Shown: positions 1 through 11,209, numbered from the whole stretch's first letter. The stretch: 63,830 bases of DNA, filler included, from Octopus bimaculoides (GCF_001194135.2; 7 parts of 6 records of this genome joined end to end with filler, not necessarily neighbours in it); one strand, 5' to 3'. Translations and numbers: made by a program. Notes: generated by a model not told the origin, from the sequence alone.

Positions 1-33
<33 letters not shown>

Positions 34-671
34 TATATACAATTCACATCAGGTGTAATATAAATAAGTATGCCTCAGAAACCTCTGTCTATTTTCTTTC
101 TTCTCTCTCTAATACTAGCGACTAAAACTGAAGCTAGATTAGGATGTAATTACCATGTAACTTTTCTTCATACGTGGAATCATTTGAGACAAATGGCCTT
201 ATGACAATTCAAACGATGCAGCGTCTTATTTGTCAGAACCAATATAGAAAGATTAGCTTTAAATAACAACTCTTCTGCCAGAGTTAATGCATATGACATA
301 CCAGTAAATATATCGAACATAGTTGAAAATCCTGTGATTGGACTTATTTTCTGGTTTTCTATTTTAAGAAGGTTATGAAGCCTCGATCCTTACAAAGATA
401 TCAAATTTGTTTATATCTATCCAGCTTTCTGGAATTAGCAGTGTGGCTTGTGACTATGTAGAAATAATAGAGTATTAGACGAAATACATTAAGTATTTAC
501 TACTTTCCGCCGATCAATATGTGTAAATTATTATTGTTCGGATTTCGTTGGGGAGAAATTTTTCTTTTGTGCATTTCATCTCGATAAGATAATACTTATT
601 GCATAATGTTATCAAGTCTTTCATTTATATTTGACTGATTGCTATGGAGTAAGTGCCAGAGCCTGGGTATT

Positions 672-1170
672 CAATGTGCACCCCTTTCTCTCAATCCTGT
701 AATGTGCTTCCTCTTCTCCCAGTCCTAAAATGTACCTTCTTTCTTCCGGGTGTAATTTGTGCTCTTTTCTTCCATACCGGTAACGCGCGTCTTCTTCAGT
801 CAGTTCTACAGTATGTCTGCTACTGCCACCTCTACAAAATGAACATTCTTCTTCAGTCCTGAAATATGTGAACACTTCTTCTAACCATACAGTTTGTACT
901 CTTTCTCCCCGCAACTATAATGTGCGTTCTCTTTTCCCACCTCTAGAATATCCACCCTTTCCCCTAGGTTTATAGTTTGTACCCCTTTCTGCCAGGCTTA
1001 CAATGTACTCAACTTTATCTAGTTTACAGTGTTCTTATTTTTCAACCCTAAAATATGCCTATCCTTTCTCGTATTCCTAAAATGTTTTCCCCCATTTCTT
1101 ACTCCTACAATGTGTGTACCTTCTAAATTTGTTTACAACTTCTTCCAGTCACCATCCTCTTATACTCCAG
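672..1170. repeat. Highly degenerate ~28-bp tandem array (~18 units)
   Basis: Anchor motif (C/T)A(A/G)T(G/T)TG recurs at 672, 700, 728, ~753, 781, 809, 837, ~862, 890, 918, 946, 973, 1001, 1027, ~1052, 1080, 1108 and 1136. Most spacings are 28 bp. Each anchor is followed by a pyrimidine tract. Confidence 0.75.
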
Positions 1171-2179
1171 CTACGCCCTCAAATAATAATTAATTTAAAA
1201 CGCAGAAATCTGTAGTTCTGAGATCATGTATAACACCAAGAAAACCTAGCAAAATCTGTATGTTCCAGCTTGAATCATATGACAACTGTTAACACAAAAT
1301 GATCGCACCACATAAACACACCTCACTCATATTCTCTATCCTCTGTTCCAGCAGTGACTTCACCTACTTTCTTTACCACTAAATTTTCATTATTTTTTGT
1401 TGCATTATGGAATTTTATTAAAGTTGAGCAATGTTCAAATGGATTTGTCTGAGTTTAATACCTTACACGTTCGCCATATTTACTTAATGCTTACGCCAGC
1501 CCTTTAGGGAAGTAGACATTGACAACCTTCTAATCTCACTTGCAAACCTGCTTCTTCCTCTATCCTCTCTACTGCAAGGCCTGATCTCGTACCAACCTCC
1601 CTTAAACTCACTCTAGTCTCTCGTCTCTCTCTTCAGAAAAGTAATATGTCCCCACTAGCTACCTAAGAAAACATTATGTCCAGTCTTTTCTTTATAGAAT
1701 GTTGGTGGCTTAGTATTCAATCCCTTCGAAACCGTCCCATTCACGGTGGTCAATGCATCTCAGACGGATGCGGTTAATATCGAAGAGGACTGCGGAGCGA
1801 CGGAGTGTCTTACCTCCACTGACAGGATGCTTTCACTCGCTCGCTCCTCTAATTCAAATGCATCGTCTGTGACATACTTGTATGCCTGTTTCTATTCCTG
1901 TGTAATAACCACCACTTTGTCATGAGCGAATACCGAGAGCATCGATACTGTCCTATTAACAGGGCCCTTGTGCCGCTCCAAATGGGCCTCGGGTAGCGTT
2001 TCTGAGCCCCGGCTGCTTGCACCTATATCATCCCTACCCACTTCACCATGGCTGGGTTTCAGTAGCGCGCCTCATCGACTGGTTGCTGTGGTGTGAGCAT
2101 GACACGTGCAATATTCCAACATCCAAAATTGGCTGGCTTAGCAACTGAATGACACTATATCCTCAATCTGTTTGCGGTC

Positions 2180-2238
2180 GAAGGTTGCAAGAACGGAGTG
2201 ATTAGTTGTTGGCTAATCGCTCCGTTCTTGCAAACTTC
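2180..2238. other. 59-nt near-perfect hairpin (26-bp stem, 7-nt loop); pre-miRNA-like or transposon-derived
   Basis: Arm 2180-2205 GAAGGTTGCAAGAACGGAGTGATTAG pairs with arm 2213-2238 CTAATCGCTCCGTTCTTGCAAACTTC. There is one mismatch and one G-U wobble on the + strand. Confidence 0.6.
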
Positions 2239-2959
2239 TGCTCACATCTATTTGCTCTGTGAATCACAAGAGATCAGAATTAACACTCTTGTGTTTACAT
2301 CCGAATTATATTGTATTGTTTTTCTCTTTCACCTGAGTAATGACAGCAGAATATCGTTCTTTAATATACGTGTTTTGTGTGTCAGACCTTAGTTTTGATC
2401 CTGTAATTTCTGAGTCTAAGTAATCACTTCTCATCAGTCCTTGATCAATAACAAATAATATATAAATAATAAACTCAACAGATTAAATCAATCACATTCA
2501 CAATCCATATAATATTGATTTCTTGTCTAGTCAACATAATGTGTCAGCTACTTTCATCTTACCAGCTCTGACCGCATCAGAGATAACTGCATTTACCAAT
2601 TTATAATGAATAAAACAATAAATATATTTCTCACTTAAAGAATATCTATTTTCGTATCTCTGCTTCCTTAAAGTTCTACACTCTTTATTCATATGCAGCA
2701 GAATATTACACATATGGAGTCAAAGAAAAGTAGATACACTAGAGCTCCAAAGTTATATTTGCGTATGTGCTTAAGTTCATTAAACCATTAAGGAAATGTA
2801 CTTTCCGTTTCTACATATTGCAGGTAGTCGATAAAATAAGTATCAGCCTCAATATCAAAACTGAATATCAATTTTATCGAACTTCTAATATTCATTTGGA
2901 ATATCCGATGAGATATTTTTACGCCTGCATTTGTATATTTATATTATTAGTATTGTCAT

Positions 2960-3150
2960 AAGGCAGTGAGCTGGTAGAATCGTTAGCACGCCGGGCAAAG
3001 TGTTTAGCTGCATTTCGTCCTTCTTTACGTTCTGAGTTCAAGCCGAGGTCGACTTTGCCTTTCATCCTGTCTAGGTCGGTAAGCACTGGGGTCTATGTAA
3101 TCGACTTACCCTCTCCCCAGAAACTAATGGACTTGTGCCAAAATTTGAAG
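2960..3150 (+). mobile_element. SINE family A copy (tRNA-like head plus GCCTTTCATCC...GGTCG core)
   Basis: AAGGCAGTGAGCTGGTAGAATCGTTAGCACGCCGGGC...GTTCTGAGTTCAA...GAGGTCGACTTTGCCTTTCATCC matches more than 10 other copies in the window. It has A-box and B-box-like motifs. Confidence 0.85.
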
Positions 3151-3771
3151 CATTGTCATAACAGGTGTAGTATGACCTTTCATTCGAGCGAAATCGTGTG
3201 GATAAAACTGGGTGAATGGAAACTGTACTTAAGCCCATGAATTATACTGGCAACTGAAAAAGTGTAGGATTTCCAGACACTCTTAATTTGGCTTTGCTTG
3301 AGAAATTACGTTAGGGGCGCCTGTGTTTATGGAATACACAACCACGTACGTATAAATTCAGGAGCAGGTAATTCAGCTGCTTGATCAACTCAATTTTCAT
3401 CGCCGAAAAAGACGGAGATCCACCACCACATTATTTTAACTGCTTCACAAGCAATAATGTTATCTTCATCATCTTTCAGCCATTTCCCATACGCTGATAA
3501 ATGAAAATTCAGCATTCACCTCCTGATCTATTTCTGCAGACGGAGGATGGAACTGCTCATCCTGAGCAATTGCATGTTCCAGTGACTGCAGATTAGCCCC
3601 AGTTAATTACATCTAGTTCGAACGTGAAATCAAAACTTCACACGCAAAGAAGCACTGAGCTTATTCTCCGACGCTGAAAACGTTCCGCTCATACACAGCA
3701 TTTCGATTGGCATTTATTTATTCATTTATTTATTTTTATGTATGTATGTGTGCATACATACACATACATAC

Positions 3772-3826
<55 letters not shown>

Positions 3827-3938
3827 CGTACATACATATATATGCGCAGGTAGTCCACAAGCATGATCTCAGCCCTGAGCTGAAACCAGTAAAAGATAAA
3901 AGATAAACGATACAAATACGCATGTACATGTGTATGTA

Positions 3939-3980
<42 letters not shown>

Positions 3981-3990
3981 TATATATATA

Positions 3991-4412
3991 TATAAATCCC
4001 CAAAACGGAACAAGAACGTAAATGTTTGTTGCCGCATGGCTTCCACTTCACAGGTCAGCTTAACTTAACTTGTCCTTTTACTCGAAAGACACCTGTTGTT
4101 ATTCTTGTTGTTCGCATTTGTAATCGTGTAACATTTTCTCCGTTTTCTCGTTTTTTCGCCGGTGTTGTCGCACATATTCGATCGCTTTCTTCTAAAACTT
4201 TAATAACCCTAGCTTAGATTTTGGGGGCCTACCAATTTTGAACAGTCTTAAGTGTGACAGACCGAAATTGTAATAATGATTAGAAGCTTGACTGATGAAT
4301 CGAAAGCCACGAATATTCTGTCCTGGTTTTCCTGCCCGTCTTTGCATCCTCCATCTGTCCGTATGTTTTCATAGTCATCCGTTACGTTCTTGTCCCGTTC
4401 TTTGAATTTATA
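3991..4412. mobile_element. ~420-bp element with imperfect 31-bp inverted ends next to (TA)n; possibly Penelope-like or a MITE
   Basis: 3991-4021 TATAAATCCCCAAAACGGAACAAGAACGTAA versus the reverse complement of 4382-4412 TATAAATTCAAAGAACGGGACAAGAACGTAA, about 5 mismatches. Confidence 0.4.
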
Positions 4413-4585
4413 TATACATATAGCGGCGTACGTAACCTTTTGTTCAGCTTGTAAGTGACTATATATATATANNNNNNNNNNNNNNNNNNNNNNNNNNNNN
4501 NNNNNNNNNNNNNNNNNNNNNNNNNNNNNNNNNNNNNNNNNNNNNNNNNNNNNNNNNNNNNNNNNNNNNNNNNNNNNNNNNNNAT

Positions 4586-4820
4586 ATGTTGTTGTACTTG
4601 GGGATGGTCATATTGCCAGTTTAGCCAATAAAAACACACGCACTGTATATTTGGTGTTAATTTGCTTCAGCTTTATATTACATTAATCTTAATCTTATTT
4701 GGCCGAAATAAGATTAAGATTAATGTAATATAAAGCTGAAGCAAATTAACACCAAATATACAGTGCGTGTGTTTTTATTGGCTAAACTGGCAATATGACC
4801 ATCCCCAAGTACAACAACAT
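4586..4820. repeat. Perfect 115-bp inverted repeat with 5-nt spacer (GGCCG)
   Basis: 4586-4700 is the exact reverse complement of 4706-4820. The left arm starts 2 bp from an N gap. Confidence 0.95.
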
Positions 4821-6276
4821 CTGTTTCAACACACGATTCCACATCAAAAATCTTGCAAAACAAATATATATATATATATATATTGAAAAGAGTAGAATAT
4901 AGTAGATCGTAACACTACCTATTTCAAATTTCCTCCTTTGGAATTGATAATATAAATGTTGCTGGCATCGAGTTATTGTTGGCTCAACGCCTGTCAGTTG
5001 GTGGTTGAGTTACTCATGCACCAGTTTATATATATTTATACATAACCAGGAATTTATATGAAGCTCTGAGTTATATACCTTTATTTTACTCATAAGTCGG
5101 AGACTATTAAAGAGTCTGACAAAATGCCCTTCACTTTATATTCTGGCACTTCACGTTTTGAGTTCAAATATCACGAAAGTAATGATTGTTTTCATACTTT
5201 CGCAATCAATAAAATCAAGAACTAGTCAAGTACTAAATTCAATTTCATTAATTCACTTCTCAAAATTTCTTGTGTTTGTGCCTCATACAACAAATTCTGA
5301 AATAGAGAACAAGACTTTATATTCTATTCGAATACTTGACATTTTCAGTTTTTCTCTTTTTCATAGTTACATCAAGTTTCATAGTTACATCAAGTTACAT
5401 CAAGTTTCAATAACATAGATACGCTCACCTCTGATCAAGAACAAATTTCACAAGATGGTAATCTGTTTTCATTGTCGCTTAAACGTTAGCCGGATCAAAT
5501 CATTAGATAATTCTGTATTACGATGTACGTTTACAGACAAATTTCAGCGTGCAATCGCCATTATGTTTATCTCAAGTTTTATCTTTATGAGTGTCACCCA
5601 TTTTTCTGGGGTTTTTTTTCGCAGCAGGAGCATTACATTTTGCTAATTTAGTGTTATGACGCATCATCAATATTAATTTATTGTATTTCAGGAGGGTCAT
5701 TAATGCCAATGATAATTATATTCACAGATTCTACTTCACTCCTTTTTTTATTCATACTAGTAAATTTGTTGATATGAAATCACTTAACTAGTTAATCGTT
5801 TGATTAGATTTGTGGTTAATCAGCTCCGTTTCATCAAACCTGGAATAAAGAGGGCATGTCGTTCATGAAGTCGCGAATGGCGACGAAAGTACTTAACCGA
5901 AAGATTAATCAAACGACCATTTAGATAATTAGTCAATTTTTAACGAATTTACAACTAACAATAAAAGAATTTAAGGAGAACCAGTACGTGTATTTTTTTT
6001 ATTGAAGTAATAGACACGCCGAGCAGAAATTAAATCTGCTACGAAACAAGAACCTTGTACACCAAGTGCAAAAACGAAACATCTCTTATTTAATATTCTG
6101 CTATAATAATGTTTCCAATATCAGTGTGAGTACAGGCCAGTTAAGATTCATGGTATCTTGCAGTTGGAAACTTTTGCGTTGCTGTTTAGTCCGTATTGTA
6201 AAATTCACATTTTCAGCTTCTTTTTATTTTCATTGTTTATATTTCTTACGGTCACATTTTACTTAATCATTAAGAA

Positions 6277-6282
6277 ATTATT

Positions 6283-6317
<35 letters not shown>

Positions 6318-6361
6318 TATTATTATTATTATTATTATTATCATTATTATTATTATTATTA

Positions 6362-6414
<53 letters not shown>
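6277..6414. repeat. Compound (TCA)n/(TTA)n microsatellite forming the tail of the R4/Dong element
   Basis: Direct reading; it abuts the 3' UTR end of the minus-strand LINE. Confidence 0.95.
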
Positions 6415-7877
6415 TCTCTTTATCACAGGTTTGTTGGAGGAGCTTCTGGAGTCTTACATGCGTAGCGAGCTTGCTACTTTCAGCCCACGCTGCCATGCTA
6501 TCCATTCTTTTCAAATATCTAATACTTTCCTAATTATTCTGGCCGCGCCAAGGGGGGCAGATCTTTTGTAACAGTTCTACTGGGCACTCTATTCTAATTT
6601 GCTTTATACACCCCTTGATGCCTTCTAATACTGTTCCCAAGGGCCCAACAATAATTGCACTGTCTTCACCTTCTTCATTTTCCATAATCGTGCTATTTCG
6701 TACCTAAGAGGGTTGTATTTATCTATCTTTCCGCCTTCCTTCTTGACAAGTCGTGGGGTCAAAAGGGTATGTAACATCAACTATATAGCATATGTGGTGC
6801 AACTTGTTGACCAAAACTAGGTCCTGTCTTATTTCTTTTTTTATTTCTTTATTGCCCACAAGGGGCTAAACATAGAAGGGACAAACAAGGACAGACAAGG
6901 GGATTAAGTTGATTACATCAACCCCAGTGCGTAACTGGTACTTATTTAATCGACCTCGAAAGGATGAAAGGTAAAGTCGACCTCGGCGGAATTTGAACTC
7001 AGAACGTAACGGCTGACGAAATACCTATTTCGTTATTGCCCACAAGGGGCTAAACATAGAGGGAACAAACAAGAACAGACGAACGGATTAAGCCAATTAC
7101 ATCGACCCCAGTGCGTAACTGGTACTTAATTTATCGACCCCGAAAGGATGAAAAGCAAAGTCGGCCTCGGCGGAATTTGAACTCAGAACGTAACGGCTGA
7201 CGAAATAACGCTAAGCATTTCGCCCGGCGTGCTGACGTTTCTGCCAGTTCTGTCTGTTATGCTCAAGTACTTGATCAATTTGGATTGGGAGATTTTGTTA
7301 GTCTCCGACTCTTCCACTCCCTGCGGTTTATCCTCATATCACGTCTTATTCCTCTCTAGCCCCTACTTTTCGCACAGTATCCAATGTAGCACTTTCGCTA
7401 CCCAATCATGCCACCACTTGTAGAGGTTTTGGTCAAGTCTGGGGCATTCGTTTGTGATATGGGCAATGATTACATCCACTCTATTGCAGATGCGGCACAG
7501 CGGAAACACATGCTCATTCCTAAGGTAGACCCTCCAGTTCGTGGCCAAAGCTCGGCTTTGCGTTGCCAGTATAATGCTCCCGGTCTCTTTTTTTAGTGTT
7601 GCTTTCATCATCCAGTCCCACCTATTTTTCCAGTAACTTCTGTTGTGGCTGTATGGAATTGACTCTGTAGTCCCTTCTTGCGTAATTCTTCTTCATGTCC
7701 TTTTTGCACTTCTTCCTTTGTTTTCTCTACTTTCAATACTCCGTCGTACCTAACTGTCACCAGTAAGTTTTCCTTACTTTGGGCTATGTATGTCATTACG
7801 TTCTTGAGTTCGATACGCACACGGTCTTCCACACATATCAGTCCTCTTCCTCCATTTCCTCTCTTTATCTATAGGTG
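6415..7877 (-). mobile_element. 5'-truncated, decayed R4/Dong-clade non-LTR retrotransposon (CCHC zinc knuckle plus restriction-like endonuclease)
   Basis: Minus-strand translation across stops and frameshifts gives GGRGLICVEDRV...KGLQSQF...LKKETGSIILATQSRAL...CRICNRVDVIIAHITNEC...HDWVAKVLHWILCEK...PIQIDQVLEHNRQ / DLVLVNK..CYIVDV..KYNPLRYEIARLW..IIVGPLG..LLQKICPLGAARIIRKVLDI*. These are hallmark C-terminal motifs of R4/Dong ORFs. The element is flanked by (TAA)n on both sides. Confidence 0.9.
6830..7249 (-). mobile_element. SINE family A head-to-tail dimer inserted in the R4/Dong element, TSD CTGTCT
   Basis: Two core-plus-tail units are joined at 7016-7033. CTGTCT occurs at 6824-6829 and at 7250-7255. 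Confidence 0.9.
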
Positions 7878-7901
7878 ATTATTATTATTATTATTATTAT
7901 T

Positions 7902-8196
7902 GTTCAGTAGTTTTATTTTTATAACGTGCTTTCACTTCACTACCGAGCGCAGCTCTGTGCGCCTTGGGGATGTGCTGTGATTTGCTGTGGTGCTCTTATG
8001 TTTACTGTATTGAAAGTGTTTTGCGTAGACTGTGTGCAGTACCCAGTAGTGCAATTTTCTGTATGTTATATATATTTGTAAGTCCTGGTGTTTTTCTTAT
8101 GTATTTGTCTGAATATTTTTTTATTATACCTAAGGCACCTACTATGATAGGAATTGTTTCTGTTTTTAGATTCCACATTCGAGTTATCTCTATTTT
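7902..8196 (-). mobile_element. 3' end of a second, different R4/Dong-family LINE with a (TAA)n tail
   Basis: Minus strand reads KIEITRMWNLKTETIPIIVGALGIIKKYSDKYIRKTPGLTNIYNIQKIALLGTAHSLRKTLSIQ* (stop at 8002-8004), then a ~100-bp 3' UTR and (AAT)n at 7878-7901. It is cut off by the linker. Confidence 0.88.
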
Positions 8197-8296
8197 NNNN
8201 NNNNNNNNNNNNNNNNNNNNNNNNNNNNNNNNNNNNNNNNTTAATTAATTAANNNNNNNNNNNNNNNNNNNNNNNNNNNNNNNNNNNNNNNNNNNN
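8197..8296. other. Artificial assembly linker N44-TTAATTAATTAA-N44
   Basis: 12-mer with stops in all six frames at 8241-8252, centred in exactly 100 bp. Confidence 0.97.
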
Positions 8297-9106
8297 CTTG
8301 GCTTTGTACCAAAATTTCAAACCGTTATTACAACTAATATTTTCTCTTTTCTTTTCCTTTTCCTTTCTTTCCTTTTTTTCTTTTACTATACTTACTACTA
8401 CAGCTACTATTTTTCACAAACACGTTTTATTCTACTCTACTACGAAAACCTGTGACTACCACTCACAACAACCAACGCCCGTCTCCCGCTTTTTCGCGTT
8501 CTTTTTTATTTATTTATTTATTTATTTATTTACTTTTACCCGTTTTCCTCCCCCCCTCCTTCGTTCTTTACTCTATCTATACCTCCTCCTATCACTCTTT
8601 CTAAATATGCTATCCCACCTTCTGCTTGCGTTCAGAGCCAACACCATCACCATCAACATCACCATTTTCGCTTACTGCTATTCTGTAGTAGTATTTCGCT
8701 CTCACTCTCTAAGAGTTTTATTCACTCACTGTCTCACTCACTCACTCAGACTATCTCTCATTCTCTCACTCACTTCGTCACACCCTCACTCACACATTCA
8801 CTCACTCGCTCGCTCGCTCGCTTCGGCATTCGTTTTACTCACTCGCTCGATCGCTCACACATTCACTCACTCACACCCTCCCTCACTCACTCACTCAGTC
8901 AAGCCAGTCATTCACTCAAACACCACCTCCCTCCCTTCCTCTCTAAGCACGATAGCTACCGCTACCAGGAGCACTACTATCACCACCACCACCACCACCA
9001 CCACTAGCATCACCAACAAAACCACCACCACCACCACCACTACCGCCACCACTACTACACCTAGTTATTTCTCTTGTGGAAAATCTGGCGCAGTCGAGGC
9101 CTGCCT
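8297..9106 (+). promoter_or_regulatory. Putative promoter or 5' UTR region upstream of the candidate first exon
   Basis: No recognisable SINE. (TCAC)n, (ACC)n and (ACT)n-rich sequence precedes an in-frame stop (TAG 9062-9064) and an ATG. Inference only. Confidence 0.3.
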
Positions 9107-9196
9107 ATGACATCGTTAACTATGCTGAGGTTTTTAACTCAGAAACTAAAATCACAATCTATTAATGAGAGCCAGCCATACAATATTAACAGCCAG
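9107..9196 (+). CDS. Candidate first coding exon, MTSLTMLRFLTQKLKSQSINESQPYNINSQ, product unidentified
   Basis: Non-repetitive open frame 9065-9196, with ATGs at 9107 and 9122 and an upstream in-frame stop. It ends at a consensus donor CAG|GTAAGA (9196/9197, phase 0). No downstream exon was identified. Confidence 0.5.
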
Positions 9197-9575
9197 GTAA
9201 GAGATAAAAACGTATTGCTGTTATTGTTTTGTTATTGAATTCGTCCACGATCATTGCTGTTGTTGTTCTAGTTGTTGTTCTTGTTTATATTCATCTATTT
9301 AGTCGTCTGTTTGTTTATTTATTTATCTATCTATCTATTTATTTATTTACTTTTGGAGAGGGTAGGACGGGATTTCTTTTTTTTTTTTTTTCGTAGAGGG
9401 TCGCGTGTGTGTTTGTGTATTGTATTGTATGTTTGTAATGCATATGTGTATAAATACTTATTTATTTATAAATATATGCGTGCCTATATATATATGATGT
9501 ATATATTTGTGTGTATATATACATGCATATATACACATGTGTACAAATACATGTGTGTATATGCATTTGTATATT

Positions 9576-9613
<38 letters not shown>

Positions 9614-9848
9614 GTACACATGTCCATGCAAACATGCATGCATACACATACATNNNNNNNNNNACGTACACATGTCCATGCAAACATGCATGCATACACA
9701 TACATACATACATACATACATACATGCGTATATACTTTTTCACATTGTCTAAATCGGCTGTCAAAATCCTGTTCTTCGTGTTGTAAAGTTTCTCTTTATT
9801 TTTTTCGAACGATGTTCTCGTGGCAAAATACAGAATTATTGAGCAATC

Positions 9849-9908
<60 letters not shown>

Positions 9909-11153
9909 TTCTAGTACGCATAATGATTGCATTGATAAGTATTACTATGATCCATTTATACTATTGATTACTTGGTTATCGGAAACGCATGCACGCCACA
10001 CCTTCCAGTTTTACCTCTGTATATCTCAGGTTCTATCCAATAACCCAGTTCTCTATCTATCTATCTATCTATCTGTTTGTAGAATATATTTCTTGTTTAC
10101 AGAAGATGTGGGTTCGCGTCCCTCAAGCAGCTTGGATTTTTTGCTGTCCTAAGGGTTTTTTTTTCTTTTTATAAACTTAATATTTACACGCTGTTTGTTG
10201 TTTATAGTTTTATCTACTTCAAGTTCCGTCGTTCCAAAGAAAATATACATAAATACATACATACATACATGCATCCATGTGTCCATGCATACACATACAT
10301 GCACGTGTGCATGCATATATGCATGCATGCATGCATGTACGCATGCATATATAGATACATAGACGCTTGCATACATGGAACCATAAAGATAACACAGACA
10401 TTAGTAATAGCAGAGTCGGTAGAGCACCAACGGTGCTTTGTTTTTCTTACAATGTGTCTCAGTTGGTCTTATTTAGTTTCGTAACAACCATGGAAGAAAT
10501 CGGAGATTATCAAAATAAGCATACCGGTAATTCAATAGATCGAAAACCAATCAATCGATTCTTTTGTTAACACGCTTCTCCGCCACCCACGACCACCACT
10601 ACCGGCTCCGTCACTTCCATCCTCTCCCCTGTCAAATCGGCACCGTGCGTTTTGGACAAAACACCTTGCCGTGTATCTTCCAGATTTTTACATGCTCTGA
10701 TTTCGAATCCCGCCGTGGCCTCCCAGTCTTTCGTTTGCCACATTCTCTCCCCGCCCCCCAGGGGTCGGGAAATAAAGTAAAGCATCAATTAGTCCTATAC
10801 TGTATACGATGGTATCGATTATCTTCGATAATCTTAGCCCTGTACCTTATATATTTATTAAAAAATTGTTTACGTCAGTTTTGTTGTTGGTGTCCTAATA
10901 GCTGTGTTGGTCGTAACTGCTAAGTGACATTGTTTTGGCAATATCATTAGCTTCGTCTATGATCGTTTGTTTTTTTGTTTGTTTTTTGTCTTTTTGTCAT
11001 CGTTACAATCACCATCACCATCACTATTATTATCATCATCATCATCATCATCATCATCACCACCACCACCAACACAATCGACACTCATGGTCACGACGAC
11101 CACTACCACCGTCGTCATCATCATCATCGTCATCGTCTCAATCATCACCTTCA

Positions 11154-11209
<56 letters not shown>

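Noticed and set aside
8298-9110. 270-aa ORF, the longest gap-free ORF
   Set aside because: It is made of T-rich, (TCAC)n and (ACC)n simple sequence and starts at a contig edge. The credible coding signal is in a different frame at 9107-9196.
9613-9700. Direct repeat on both sides of a 10-N gap
   Set aside because: Typical duplicated overlap of contig ends.
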